Position numbers and translations under genes: made by a program
Source: Octopus sinensis
Taxonomy: Eukaryota
Direction of reading: 5' to 3'
Length of the DNA: 64,000 nucleotides
NCBI RefSeq assembly: GCF_006345805.1
Contig: NC_042999.1
Coordinates: 155,248,001-155,312,000 of the forward strand
In this document: in pieces, positions 41,942 through 56,008 of the stretch
Numbering within the stretch: position 1 is the stretch's first letter
How the letters are laid out: each line of letters opens with the position of its first letter
Notes under the pieces: model-generated
The model's input: the letters and a program-made list of their open reading frames with translations, nothing else
Told to the model about the DNA's origin: nothing
Database searches by the model: none

Positions 41942-43194
41942 GTAATTAATTCAAGAATCACTAAGTCAATTTACATTGTTACACTTTAAATTATAAATAA
42001 TAATATCATTGTTATTGTTGATAAGCTGCTAATTTGAATTTTTATTTTTATTTTTATTTTTATTCAATTAGAAGGGAAAGCATTGTAATGACCTTTTCTC
42101 CTAATGGAAGAAAGTAATGATGTAAGGAAAGGACTGAGGGGGACGGGGAGAGAAGTAAGGCAGGAGGTAGGGATGGAGAGAGAGGAAGTTATCCTTGGAT
42201 ATGGTGGGACAACAAGCAATGTATACACTGTGGTGTAGCTGTAATGATGGGTTAACAACCAGTGCTTACAGGTGGGTTAACACCAGTGCACTTACAGGTG
42301 TTTCGCATTAAGTCCCTCAATAAAGCACTTCATTTCTTGTTACTCTAGTCTGCTCAGCTGCTTCACAACTGCTGATTGTTTGTTTATTTTCCTGTAACTT
42401 AGCGGTTTGGCTAAAGCTACCAATAAATTAAGTACAAGATTTTAAAAATATGAGTAATGGGACCGATTTGATTGACCAAGACATTTCAGGTTGTGTCCCG
42501 GCATGGCCGCAGTCCAATGACTAAAACAAGTGAAAAAAGATAAACGAATAAATATGCCATAGAGTTTGGAGCCAGAGGTTTTGCGGGCAAATCTGTTTAC
42601 GATCTAATAAAACAACTGTCAGCCTCTCGGAAGAACAGGACCAAAAACCTAAAGGCAATATCAGAGACAGCAGAGAGATGCTCCAGCTGGATCTGGTTGA
42701 GGAGGAACAAGAATGACCTCCAAACTGTGTGAAGGCAATTTTTATAGGTTAATGATAAGGGAAGTAACTCTGAGTCATTGTGAGAGCTTTGGCACTTTAC
42801 CGCTACCATGACAACCAACGATATTTCTTCTTTAAGTATAATTTTGGAAGCTGAAACAGCAGAGAGGGGTTTCAACTAGATGAACTCTCCAAGCGGTTTA
42901 AATGCACAAGTCTCCGAAATCCAAGTTGCTAAAAAGTGTCAGCAAAAATGCATCCAAGAGTCATGACTTGGACGTGGCCTGGCCCCTCATAGTCTAAGAA
43001 GTTAAGGCCTGAAACACTTGCCTGAGTAGGGTTTCTTCTTTGAAAACCTTCTGCTGTTCAGCTCCCTTGAGAGTTTCTTACCAATGCCTGTTTTTTGATA
43101 TTACCAAAGTATAGAAATACTTGATTGAGAGAAAAACCTAACTAAAATCCTTTGTAAAACTTAACTGATATTTTTTTTTTTTCTGTTTCCGTAG

Positions 43195-43323
43195 GTGACA
43201 CATGCAATAACCGAATTTACCACAGTGACTCTCACGACAGGAGTGAATATCACACTTAATTATACATTATCAACTGTGGATCAAATTAAAGCACTCGTCA
43301 ACTATTCTAACTTCTGTCACCAG
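43195..43323 (+). CDS. Exon 18; module 5
   Basis: tttccgtag|; VTHAITEFTTVTLTTGVNITLNYTLSTVDQIKALVNYSNFCHQ; |gtaaca; phase 0-0. Confidence 0.92.
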
Positions 43324-44328
43324 GTAACAAAATTTACATTAAATTAAAAACTTCAGTCAATGTTATACATTAATTGAAAATATGTTTGAATTGTGTATAG
43401 TTCTAGTTTTGTTTAGATTTATCGATTCCTGCCAGCTTTGACTGATGGTACACACAATGTGATCGAAATACCTCGATGTCTCAAAGTCCCCTTACGTCAT
43501 TAAAATGCCTGTGTTATGAACATATATCATCTAAAAGGAGGAGGTTTCTCCGTCGAGGAAAAACAACAGCGATCAGCATATCCATGTTCAAATCTATCAC
43601 AATAAAATTGAGAATGAACAGATGTTATTGTATGGACTCGCGCTGTTCTGAGTGCACCTCATGATTTATCATCAGTTTGGCAAACATCTGCACACATCAA
43701 CAAATACCTTGCTTGCTGATTCCCATACACAAGATTCGTCGATTAGGTTGTAGGGTAGCCTTGACTAGTGAGACATAATATTAGGTCAAAAAGCCATAGT
43801 GTCTCAAAGTCCCATCGCACTATTAAGTCTCGGGAACTCTGTAAAGGGACATGAGCACTACCTTCGCTCTTAACTAAAAGATAAAAAAGAACTGAACCAC
43901 TTTCATACATACATTATAAATACAATTTGTAAGTGGGACAATCAGAATATGCAAGACTTTTCTCAATTCTAAAATGTGAATTTGCGTTTATTATTTACAT
44001 TACAAATATGGAGCTTTGTTTCTTTGCTAGAAACCAGCACCTTCCTTACAGGAGGACTTCAAATAATTAAAAATAGAAGAGGACATACATATATACATAC
44101 ATACATGCGTACATACATGCATCATGCATACATACATACACACATATAAATACACATATACACACATGCATACATACATACATGCATACACACACATACA
44201 CACGCATACACATACATGCACATACATACGTACATACACACAAACATACACAGACACACACACACACACACATACGTTATTAAATGATTTGTAATTAGTT
44301 CTAAAATTCAAATGTTTATATTAAACAG

Positions 44329-44662
44329 GATGTGGAATACCAATGTCAAAATACCGCTTTGATTAATAATGGAACCGACTCTTTTGGTTACCTGGTTTCT
44401 TACGACGGGACAAAAATGGATCGTTTTGGTATTGGTTACTCTGATGACGGTATTGGCTGTGCATGCATGGTGACTGGCACTTGTCCTGACAAACATACAT
44501 GTGAATGTGATGCAAAATCTTCTGACTTGAAGTGGGATGGAGGTGTTGTGGTCGAGAAACAATATCTTCCTTTAACAGAGGCCGTTTTTATTCCAACTAC
44601 GGAGACAAATCAAAATGCTAAAATATCCATAAGTTCCATAAAATGTTCTTCAAAACCAATTT
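44329..44662 (+). CDS. Exon 19; end of module 5
   Basis: aaacag|; DVEYQCQNTALINNG..GCACMVTGTCPDKHTCECDAKSSDLKWDGG..YLPL..IKCSSKPI; T|gtaaga; phase 0-1. Confidence 0.94.
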
Positions 44663-44724
44663 GTAAGAATCCTTGTTGCTTGTTTTACTTATCTTTAACC
44701 AATTATAATTTTTTCACTCTTTAA

Positions 44725-45530
44725 AGCTGGCAGAAACGTTAGCACGCTGGGCGAAATGCGTAGTGGTATTTCGTCTGCCATTAAGTTCTGAGTTCAAATT
44801 CCTCCGAGGTCGACTTTGCCTTTCATCCTCTCGGGGTCGATAAATCAAGTACCAGTTACGCACTGGGGTCGATGTAATCGACTTAATCCGTTTGTTTGTC
44901 CTTGTTTGTCCTCTCTGTGTTTAGCCCCTTGTGGGTAGTAAAGAAATAGGTATTTCGTCTGCCGCTACGTTCTGAGTTCAAATTCCACCGAGGTCGACTT
45001 TGCCTTTCATCCTTTCGGGGTTGATTAAATAAGTGACTTAATCCCTTTGTCTGTCCTTGTTTGTCCCCTCTATGTTTAGCTCCCTCTGGGTAATAAAGAA
45101 ATAAAAATCGTTAGCGCGCTGGACTAAATGCTTAGCGATATTTCGCCCGTCGCTATGTTCTGAGTTCAAATTCCACCGAGATTGACTTTACCTTTCATCC
45201 TTTAGGGGAGATCGATAAAATAAGTACCAGTTGAACACTGGGGTCGATGTAATCGACTCATCCTCTCCCCCAATGTTGCTTCCCTTGTGGCAAAATTTGA
45301 AATCGTTATTTCTCTCTATAAGACGGCGAGCTGGCAGAAACGTTAGCAAGCCGGGCAAAATGCTTGACAGTATCTCATCTGTTGTTCTGAGTTCAAATTC
45401 CGCCGAGGTTGATTTTTGCCTTTCATTCTTGCGAGATCGATAAATTAAGTACCAGTTGAGTACTGGTGTCGATGTAATCGACTATCCCCTTCCCCCAAAA
45501 TTTCAGGCCTTGTGCCTAGAGTACAAATGA
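44725..45530 (+). mobile_element. tRNA-derived SINE, family B, tandem cluster; further copies 50083-50770(+), 50790-50998(-), 52764-53070(+), 63890-64000(-)
   Basis: GGCGAGCTGGCAGAAACGTTAGCACG..GTTCTGAGTTCAAATTCCGCCGAGGTCGACTTTGCCTTTCATCCTTTCGGGGTCGAT repeated. Confidence 0.85.
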
Positions 45531-45731
45531 TTATTATTTCTCTCTTTACAAAATGACTGCATGTGGCTTAATGGTTAGGTTGTTGGACTCATAGTCGTAA
45601 AATTGTAGTTTCAATTCCCGGACCAGGTAGCGCATTGTGTTCTTGAACAAGACATTTCATTTCACGGAGTTCCAGTCTAAAATGAGTAATCTTGTGACGG
45701 GGCACCCGGCGTCCTGTTCATGGAGCAAATA

Positions 45732-45963
45732 CAGTAATCCCTCGACTATCACGGGTGTTACGTTCCAAACACCCCGCTCCCGCGATATGTGAAAATCCGC
45801 AAATTAGAAACAGTACTGTATATTCTGTTTTTTATTTTATGATTTGTATAAATTAATTATATTATAAATGCAAAACAACACCACGGAGGAATCGTTGTAA
45901 GCTGAAGTAATAAACAGCGATGGGCGAACCGCGATAGGTGAACTGTGATATGGCGAGGGATTA
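45732..45963. mobile_element. Tigger/pogo-like MITE
   Basis: TA-CAGTAATCCCTCG at left, CGAGGGATTA at right (partial TIR). Confidence 0.6.
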
Positions 45964-46001
45964 AAATCCAAATATAATCGGGTGTTTCTCTGCTCTTTTA
46001 G

Positions 46002-46127
46002 ATTTTCCGATCAATTGTGTTGATGCCTACAAGAGAGGAATGAAGACTGGTTCAATATTTATCCAACCATCAGACGAAGTTAAACCATTTTTTGTTTACT
46101 GTGACATGGAATTCATCTCGGAAACCG
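46002..46127 (+). CDS. Exon 20; start of module 6
   Basis: cttttag|; YFPINCVDAYKRGMKTGSIFIQPSDEVKPFFVYCDMEFISET; G|gtaagt; phase 1-1. Confidence 0.92.
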
Positions 46128-46827
46128 GTAAGTTTATAGACGATAAGTAGCATTTTATATTATAAGTGAGATTTTATTTCGAAGCCCACTTCTGGATCTT
46201 GTTAAGTATCGAGCACAATCGCTGTCTCTTCTATGTATCTGTCAATCACACAGTCATCGTAAAAGGCGGATGGAGTGGCAGAGTCGTTAGAGGGCCTGAC
46301 AAAATACTTCGCAATATTTATTCCGACTATCTGCGCACTGAATTCAAATTCTACCGTAGTCAGCTTAGCCTTTCATCTTTTCAGGATTGATAAAAAAAAA
46401 AGAGAAACTAATCTGAGTGATAGATTGGACCGGCTTTTTACCTTCTCGATTCAAATACCGCTGTTGCCTATTAAGGTGGCAGAGTAAATCTATCACCTGG
46501 CTAAACCCCACCAGCAGGTATCCGGGGTACATTTAGCCGTGTCGACTAAGTTTGATACGTTCTTCCCTCCCCCTACGAGTCTCGGGAAATCTGTAAAGGG
46601 TCATGAGCACTACCTTCGCTCTTAACTAAAAGATAAAAAATAACTGAACTACTTTCATACATACATTATAAATACAATTTGTAAGTGGGACAATAAAAAT
46701 ATGCAAGACTTTTCTCAATTCTAAATTGTGTTTATTATTTACATTACAAATATGGAGCTTTGTATCTTTGCTAGAAACCAGCACCTTCTTTACAGGAGGA
46801 CTTCAAATAATTGAAATTAGAAGAAGA

Positions 46828-47218
46828 CATACATATATACATACGTGCATGCGTACATACATACATACACACATACACACACATAAATACACACATACAT
46901 ACATGCATACATACATGCATATATACATGCATACACATACACATAGACACATACATGCACATACATACGTACATATGCACAAACACATACAAACATACAC
47001 AGATACACACACACATGCATACATACATACATACGCACACATATATATGTACGTACATACATACATACATACACACACGTACATGCATACATACATACAC
47101 ATATACACACATACATACACAAATACATACATAAATACATGCATATACACAAATACGTACATACATGCATGCACAAATATATACATACACACATACACAC
47201 ACATACATGCATACACAC

Positions 47219-47249
<31 letters not shown>

Positions 47250-47280
47250 CATACATACATACATACATACATACATACAT
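46828..47280. repeat. Degenerate (TACA/CA)n tract; representative of many (TA)n, (CA)n, (GATA)n, (ATT)n, (GTT)n, (TAG)n and (GGT)n microsatellites in the window
   Basis: Direct reading; e.g. (GATA)n 13668-13752 and 53250-53490, (TAG)n 35368-35455, (TG)n 36908-37013. Confidence 0.95.
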
Positions 47281-47284
47281 ACCA

Positions 47285-48010
47285 TAGTTGCAATCCCTTG
47301 GTGCAGCCGCATATGTAGGCTATATCATGTTTCTGTGGAAAACATCACGCATATGATTAGCAGCTATCTCTATGAGGCACGATGTCGCTAAAACAATTTA
47401 CAATGCCATCCACAAAAAAAAGACTATCCTGAAATAAACTTAGAAAATCCCTCTGCTATGGAATACATTCATAAACACCAACTCTAGGAATACTGGCGGA
47501 ATATTCCCATCGAAACTTCTGTCAAATGTAAACATAACAGGCTGGATGCTGTTGCTTTGGACAGAGAGGCAAAGATAAGTACCATCATAGAGGTTAGCTG
47601 CCCAGTAGATATAAATATCTCTTTGAAAATCAAAGAAAAAGAAGATATCTATGGACAACTGCTTCGAAACCTGTAACCTTTATATCTGGACTATGAATTC
47701 ATATCCATACCAATAATAATTGGAGCACTAGGTTTTGTTAGCAAATGCTTAAAGGAGAATCTGGATAAACTGGGATTTTCAGAAAGAGAAATCGACCGGC
47801 TGATTCGAACATTGCAAGTGCAATCTGTGAGAGGAACAGTGAGAATATGCAAGACTTTTCTCAAGTCCCAAATGTGAATTTGTCTGTGTTAACTACATCC
47901 CAAAAATGGGGCCTTGTATCTTTGTTGGAAACCAGCTCCCTCCTCAGCGGAGGATTTATAAGAACTAAAAGATAGAAGAGACGTACATATATACATACAT
48001 ACATGCATAC
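47285..48010 (+). mobile_element. 3' end of an RLE non-LTR retrotransposon embedded in (TACA)n
   Basis: RHDVAK, KHNR, IIEVSCP, IPIIIGALG and GTVRICKTFL motifs in broken frames; 3' UTR also at 43945-44085 and 46697-46830. Confidence 0.75.
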
Positions 48011-48298
48011 ATACTCTTTTACTTGTTCGGTCTCTTTTGCCAAACCGCTAAGTTACGGGGACCTAAACACACCAGCATCAGTTGTCAAGCGATGTTGGGG
48101 GAACAAACACATTCACACAAACAGATACACACACATACATATATATACATATATACGACGGGCTTCTTTCATTTTCCGTCTACCAAATCCACTCACAAGG
48201 CATGAGGCTATAGTAGAAGACACTTGCCCAAAGTTCCACGCAGTGGGACTGAACCCAGAACCATTTGGTTCGTAAGCAAGCTGCTTACCACACAGCCA

Positions 48299-48390
<92 letters not shown>

Positions 48391-49473
48391 GAGAAAAACG
48401 CCTCCCCCCCCTCCAGTGGACAGTGCTGAGTTGTCAAAAATTTAAACCAAATTTTCTGAAAACAACTTGTCCGACCGTCCCATAGGCCTCCCCTTTGAGA
48501 AACACTGATTTAACCTAAATTTGAGACACCAACAAAAGAAGAAATAAAGATAGAGATTTTTCTATTCCAAGGAAAACGATTTTACAAAAGCACGTTCCCA
48601 CGGCTTTATCGATCGCATTCTCACCTGGAATCGATTTTTGTAATTTTGTCAAGACTTATACACGCCCTGATACCGTCGGTATCTACATATCAAATTTGAG
48701 TGCAATCGGATGGAGGATGCCCAAGATCCTAGAAGACAAACACACAGACAGATAGAACGGATTTTATATAATAGATATTTATGTACGACGGGCTTCTTTC
48801 AGTTTCCGTCTACCAAATCCACTCATAAGGCTTTGGTCGGCGCGAGGCTATAGTAGAAGACACTTGCCCAAATAAGATGAAAGAAAGATAGAAGGGAGTT
48901 GAGAATATAGCATAGAGAGAGACAGACAGACAGAGAAAGAGTGCTAAGTGAGAGAATATATATAGAGAGAAGATACATGCACATTTGCATGAATGCATAC
49001 ATGCATATATGCATGTGCACATATATGCAGACAAAAATACTTACATACATGCAAGCACTAGAGGATATTCGCACATTTGAACACAAGAGGCATTGGTGGA
49101 ACGTCCCAGTTAAAATGTTGAACAAATGCTGACACAAAAGACCTGACAGCAATTTAGATCATAACATCGAAGATTTGTACAGTTGCAGAAGTCATCTGCT
49201 CAATGAAAAAAATACATTTCTTTCAAAATCATTGAAAAAAAAGACATTTATGGTCACTTATGGTCAACCATAGACTATTTCTTCAAGGAACAAGAAGTTT
49301 TTCTGTTTTTTTTTTTATGGGTTGTGTGGTAAGAAGCTTGCTTCCCAACCACATGTTTCCGGGTTCAGTCTCACTGTGTGGAAGCTTGAGCAAGTATCTT
49401 CTACTTTAGCCTCTGACCGACCAAACCCTTGTGAGTGGATTTGGTAGGTGGAAACTGAAAGAAGTCTGTCGTA

Positions 49474-49519
<46 letters not shown>

Positions 49520-49777
49520 TTTCTGTCTGTCTGTGTTTGTCCCCCATCACCGCTTGATAACCAATGTTGGAGTGTTAATGTCCCCGTAACTTAGCAGTTC
49601 GGCATAAAAAAACGATAGAATAAACACCAGATTTTAAAAATAGGTATTCGGGTCAAATCGTTCAAGTAAAATTCTTCAAGGTTATGCCCCAGCATAACCG
49701 CAGTTCCATGTCTAAAACAAGCAACAGAAGAAAAGAATAAAGAATTATTTGACTGACAAATTAAATCTCTTTTGCAG

Positions 49778-49938
49778 GTGTGACGATTATCCGTAATGAA
49801 TTTGAGACCACTACTACAATTACCGGTAAAACAACAGAAGTGATTTATTACAATGTCACATACGTTCAGATCGAAGCATTGATTCAAAGCCACAAGCATT
49901 GTTACCAGCCAGTCAAATACAGCTGCAGATTTACTACG
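49778..49938 (+). CDS. Exon 21; module 6
   Basis: ttttgcag|; GVTIIRNEFETTTTITGKTTEVIYYNVTYVQIEALIQSHKHCYQPVKYSCRFTT; |gtaaac; phase 1-0. Confidence 0.92.
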
Positions 49939-52387
49939 GTAAACAACCATATACTTTCATTTTCTAGCTGAGTCTTGTCAAATTTGCTTTGTTTTACGGA
50001 GCGAATTGAAGCATAAACAAGACCTCACAGGCCAGACGGGGACAATTATTCTTAAAAATATTATTTATAATCTAGATCAAAAGGCGGCGAAATGCGTAAC
50101 CGTATTTCGTCTGCCGTTGCGTTCTGAGTTCAAATTCCGCCGAGGTCGACTTTGCTTTTCATCCTTTCGGGGTCGATAAAATAAGTACCAGTTACGCACT
50201 GGGGTCAATATAATCAACTTAATCCGTTTGTTTGTCCTTGTTTGTCCTCTCTGTGTTTAGCATCTTGTGGGTAGTAAAGAAATAGGTCCTTAAGTATAAC
50301 CCTAAGTAAATCCAGGCAGTATTTTGAATGATGCGGTCAGACTGAAGGCATATATCGAATGGTTAGCTTATATGAAAATGGTCCGTTTGTCCTCTGTGTT
50401 TAACCCTTTGTGGGTAGTAAAGAAATAGGTATTTCGCCTGCCGCTACGTTCTGAGTTCAAATTCCGCCGAGGTCGACTTTGCCTTTCATCCTTTCGGGGT
50501 CGATTAACTAAGTAACAGTTACGCACTGGGGTCGATATAATCGACTTAATCCGTTTGTCTGTCCTTGTTTGTCCTCTCTGTGTTTAGCCCCATGTGGGTA
50601 GTAAAGAAATTGGTATATAGTCTATATTTACGTTCTGAGTTCAAATACTGTCGAGGTTGAATTTGCCTTTCGTCCTTTCGGGGTCGATAAAATAAGTACC
50701 AGTTAAACACTGGGTTTCATGCAATCGACTTTACCCCTTCCCTGAAATTACTGGCCTTGTGCTAAAATTTGAAACCAATGTAATCTTTTCTACTCTTGAC
50801 ACAAGGCTCGAAATTTTGGGGAGGGGGGGTCAGTCGATTAGATCAACCCCAGTACGCAACTGGTACTTAATTTATCGACCCCGAAAAGGTGAAAGGCAAA
50901 GTCAACCTCGGCGGAATTTGAACTCAGAACATAAAGACAGACGAAATACCGCTAAGCATGCCACCCGGTGTGCTAATGATTCTGCCAGCTCGCCGCCTTT
51001 GAAACCAATATAATACAAAAGAAAATATGAGATTTTTGTCAAGTTTTGGAGAGAGAAGATGTTGGAAAAAACTCGTCCACATAATATATAGTCCTATTTC
51101 TTAAGGACCCTTAACGGTGAACAGGGATAGAATTTGTCTTAATGAATGCATAGTTTTTGAAAAGATCAATGTTTGATTGAATGCATAAACTATTTCAGCT
51201 GTAAATCCTTCCAATATCGTTCATATTACTAGAATCAATCCGGACAGATATATAAATTTGAAACAACAAGCATCTATCTGGCTTAGTATGTATACACAAT
51301 GTAAAGGGGAAATAGGTCACGTCTTTTAGTATGTGAATTCATAAACTTATTTTTCATTGGTCGCAATAACAAAAGATTCTCTAAGATACACTAATTTCCT
51401 AATTCAGAACCGATGTTAATCAAAACCAGTCAGGATCTGAATCTGAATGGATGCTAGCTATATATTATATATTTCACAGAATATTCTAAAATTACCAAAA
51501 CAAGAAAGCAATTAAGTTTTCATAAAATTGAACTGGAAGCCAGATTAAACACTTCATTGGGTCGAATGTTTGACATCCCTGTTCCATATACATACAACAC
51601 ACAAACACACATACACACACACATACACATGGGATTTTAAAAATATATATCTATTCATCTACGTGTAAGCACATACTTAATGTACATCAAATATTTCTAT
51701 AACTATGCTAAGTGAATTATAGTCAATGGTTTTCCTCGCAGATTCCGTCAACTGAATTCCACTCACAAACTATTTGCAACTTTAGAGGCATCAGACTGGT
51801 TGACTAGGTTACGAAAGTTACAGCACAACAAATATGGAAAAAAATTAACTCAAATGTGAGACAGTCTGGGACTTTGTGAGGACTACTTACCATTTATGCT
51901 CCCTTCCTTATGAGCTACAGAAGTTCTTAACAAAAAGCAAGTCGGTCTAGCTAACATTCATTGACTTGGAGAAGGTCTTTGATTGTTACCCTTCTCTGAT
52001 TAATACCCTTCTCTAGGTTTAGATGAGAGAGTATGAAGATGTGTGACTTAGTTGTTAGGGTATTGCACTAGTGACCCCTGATGATCGTGATGATGGTGGC
52101 TGCGGCAGCGGCGGTGGTGGTGGTGGTGGTGGTGGTGGTGGTGGTGGTGGTGGTAGATATTGAATGAACAGTAAGTATAATACAGTGGTAAATATAATTC
52201 TTTCTTTGTTGGCCTCTTTAACAATTATATATTCGCTGCATCGGAAATCTGCAATGGCTCCATAACCACCGTCTCGGCTACAACCATGGGGCCCAAGTAA
52301 TTCGTTACAGCACTTATCTAATGTACCAAGTCGTTAAATCACCTGTGGACTAAATCCCCCCATATTTTGTAATTCTTTCTTCTGCAG

Positions 52388-52536
52388 TTCATGGGTAACG
52401 GAAATGCTTACTGGACGGGTAACGAAGATTTGAAGAAAACTTACTTTGGAAGCACTGATTCCCAAGAGAAAATGTGCACGTGTGGCGCAGAAAGACGTTG
52501 TGGAGGAACAGGAGACAGGCAAACTGTCTTGAACAG
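52388..52536 (+). CDS. Exon 22; module 6 (GC donor)
   Basis: ttctgcag|; FMGNGNAYWTGNEDLKKTYFGSTDSQEKMCTCGAERRCGGTGDRQTVLN; donor AG|gcaagt; phase 0-2. Confidence 0.85.
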
Positions 52537-53322
52537 GCAAGTGGTGTTTTGTTAAATTGTTCGATCGCATCCAAAACCCCATCCTTGATTGGGCAGTGCC
52601 TAGTGGACACATCCTAAATAACTATCAGACAATATTGGCTGGCAAACCAGCGGAGCAGTCGTGTCAGTCTTTCAGCAAAACCTGATTTGTTGTCAAGTAT
52701 TATAACAGTATACGACAATATGCTCTTCGCTTTAATTGTCTTTTGATTATATTTTATAGCTAGAGGCGGCGAACTGGGAGAAACGTTAGCACGCCGGGCG
52801 AAATACGTAGTCGTATTTCATCTGCCGTTACGTTCTGAGTTCAAATTCCGCCGAGGTCGACTTTTCCTTTCATCCTTTCGGGGTCGATAAATTAAGTACC
52901 AGTTACGCACTGGGGTCGATGTAATCGACTTAATCTGTTTGTCTGTCCTTGTTTGTCCCCTCTGTGTTTAGCCCCTTGTGGGTAATAAAGAAACAGATAT
53001 TTCGTGTCTTTATGTTCTGAGTTCAAATTCCGCCGAGATCAACTTTGCCTTTCATCTTTTCGGTGTCGATAAATTTCGGACCTTGTTCCCAGAGTAGAAA
53101 ACTATATTTTTATAACGAATTTCCATTATCTCTATAACAAGTGATCATTGTAACTAGGGGCCACTACGACATTGAAATAATTGTAGTTCGAGCACTCTTA
53201 CTTACCATGTTGTTTTTCAGTTTTGTGAACCTGTTATCATATTTTATATTAGATAGATAGAGAGAGAGAGAGAAAGAAAGAAAGAAAGAAAGAGAGACAG
53301 ACAGACAAACAGACAAACAGAC

Positions 53323-53389
<67 letters not shown>

Positions 53390-53422
53390 CGGACAGAGAG
53401 ACAGACAAACAGACAGACAGAC

Positions 53423-53491
<69 letters not shown>

Positions 53492-53679
53492 TGAGGGTCA
53501 CAGGGGCTTTTTTCTGTCCCCTGCTATGCTGTGTGGCATGCGAAATTGTTGATAATTTGTATAATGGGGAAAGCGTATATATTTAGAGCTTTCAACTCAG
53601 TTAAAGTATTTTAAAACTTTTTGAAATACTTTAACTGAGTTGAAAGCTGAGGAAGGTCATACGTAGCGGATGCATTTCC

Positions 53680-54770
53680 TATTATATTGTACTCAGATTC
53701 TGGTGGTAACGCTTCATTCTTTGGTCGTCTCTTACCAGCTTTGCTTTCTTTGCAACGAGGCGCTGTTTCAATTCCTCCACTACTACTTTCAGGCCATTAG
53801 CGCCCTTCTCTTTTCGGTCTAACACAGAGATTTCCTTCCAGAGCAAGTCTAACCCTGCCTGTGTTCTTCTTTTCCACCATGGATCTTTTCTTTTGCTACT
53901 CCTATTATGTTTCTTTTTCTTGACATCAGGACCCACGTTTTCTGCTACAACAATACTTGCTGCCTTGATCAAATTATTTGTTTCCGTGATGTTGTTTGTT
54001 CTGATGTATTTCAGAATTTCATTGACATTTTCGTTTCTTGGTTCAATTTCCACCGATCAACCTTTTTAAGGTTGCGAATAATGTCGCTATCGTTCTCCTG
54101 TAGTCTTGCTTTTATTCTGTCGTAGATTGCCTTTTGTTTATCTGTCATGTCACAATTAGTTTTATTGCCTTCTTTTAGATCATCTATATGTCTCTCATCA
54201 AATAAACTACCACCGCTCTTTCCTGTGCTATGGGATTACACTTATTAGTAAGGACCCTATTTTCATTGTTATCTCTGCTGCTATTTTCTATGACCCGACA
54301 TTTGATAGCTTCGAGCTCTACTTCTGTGAACCAACAATTTTTTCTTATTACTCTAGTTTGATCACATAGTCTTTGTTCCGTGAGTTGAAACAATCCCTTT
54401 TCTCTCCAATGATCACACGTTGTCGGTAACCCCTAATTTGAGCACCATTTTCATCTACCGGGCTGCTCAGGTAGTAACACTCCATGACCACAGCATTGAT
54501 TTGCTTGCTCTATCTACGCCGTGTGTGGTAGTCCCTTTCTGGATATCGACAGGCTCGAGTCAGACCAGAATCTCTGAGCCTACCGGGTGTAACACTGTCA
54601 CCATCATTGGCTTTAGTTTCATTCCCACCGTTATTCACAATATTTTGTTTTTTATTGTCACTCATATGTGGTAGCGATTATCAGGTTGCGCATTTACCAG
54701 TGTTTTTATTGTGACACCATCACTAGATGTATCATTATTAATCAGCCCATGAGGCTCCACCCGTTTCTTT
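53680..54770 (-). mobile_element. 5' ORF fragment of an R4/Dong-like element
   Basis: TEQRLCDQTRVIRKNCWFTEVELEAIK; ITETNNLIKAAS..PWWKRR. Confidence 0.7.
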
Positions 54771-54866
54771 TCATTATTATTATCATTATTATTATTATCA
54801 TCATCATCATCATCACTGATATCACTGATATTATTGTTTTTATGTGTATTATTATCATCATCATCA

Positions 54867-54950
<84 letters not shown>

Positions 54951-54989
54951 TATCATTATTATTATTGACATCGCACAGTATACAGTATC

Positions 54990-55315
54990 GTGAGGTTGTT
55001 GATTGAAGATATTGTGTCTACCGGGATGTTTGTTTTGTTTGTCAATTCACACAACAAGGACCTCAGACAGACAGTACTTTACGCAATATGTGTGCAGTTC
55101 CAAATAATGCCAACTTTTGCAATACCTCTAGATTGTAGGGTATTTCTAAGGTTTTCAGATGGATTTTTTCCAGATTGGGTGGTATTGAACCCAATGCTCC
55201 GATGACAATAGGGATAAGCTTTATGTTTGACTCTCGAAGCTGCCACATTTTAACGATCTCAATTCTCAGTATCAACTTTTTGTCTTTCTTTCATGATATG
55301 TTGATCTCCTGGCAC
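54990..55315 (-). mobile_element. RLE non-LTR 3' end in (ATT)n; a further fragment lies at ~37240-37552(-)
   Basis: LRIEIVKMWQL..IPIVIGALGSIP..GTAHILRK. Confidence 0.75.
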
Positions 55316-55718
55316 TGCTATTATTATTATTATCATTATTATTATTATTATTATTGTTGTTGTTGTTGTTGTTGTTGTTGTTACTACTACTACTACTATT
55401 ATTATTATTATCATTATTATTATTATTATTGTTCTAACTACACCAGAGCTTGCTGGATGATAGATAAGTTAATAAACAGGTCCTTTACTTTTGAGAGCTG
55501 TATGTTTTCTCTTGACACTAATAATTCGAAATGTTCCGAACAAGGCCAAATACGAATTTTATATAGAATAAAATACCTGAAATTTTGCAGTTGATGTCAA
55601 AACTAGATTTTGAGCTAAACTTATAGAGAATTTACCAGTATCCGTGATTCCACAATCAATAATAGATATCTGTTGATAATTATTTTTCTGGTGTTAATCC
55701 AAAATTCGTTGTTCATAG

Positions 55719-55879
55719 GTTGTGTAATTGTGACAGCTTTGATTCAGAATGGAAAGCCGACGCAGGTGTAATTTCTATAAAAGAAGATCTACCTATCAGA
55801 CTTCTCTTTGCTTCACAAGTTGCTAAGGCAGAGAGTAAATTGACAATTGGAAAAATATATTGCGCTGACGAAGAAATAA
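55719..55879 (+). CDS. Exon 23; end of module 6
   Basis: ttcatag|; RLCNCDSFDSEWKADAGVISIKEDLPIRLLFASQVAKAESKLTIGKIYCADEEI; A|gtaagt; phase 2-1. Confidence 0.92.
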
Positions 55880-55938
55880 GTAAGTTTTGATTTATAACTT
55901 TTAAATAGAAAAATATGTGGAAGGAAGTGTGTGCGCGC

Positions 55939-56008
<70 letters not shown>

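Noticed and set aside
44725-45530. Regularly recurring GTTCTGAGTTCAAATTCC motif as a CRISPR-like array
   Set aside because: The intervening sequences are also repeated; tandem SINE copies in eukaryotic DNA, no cas genes
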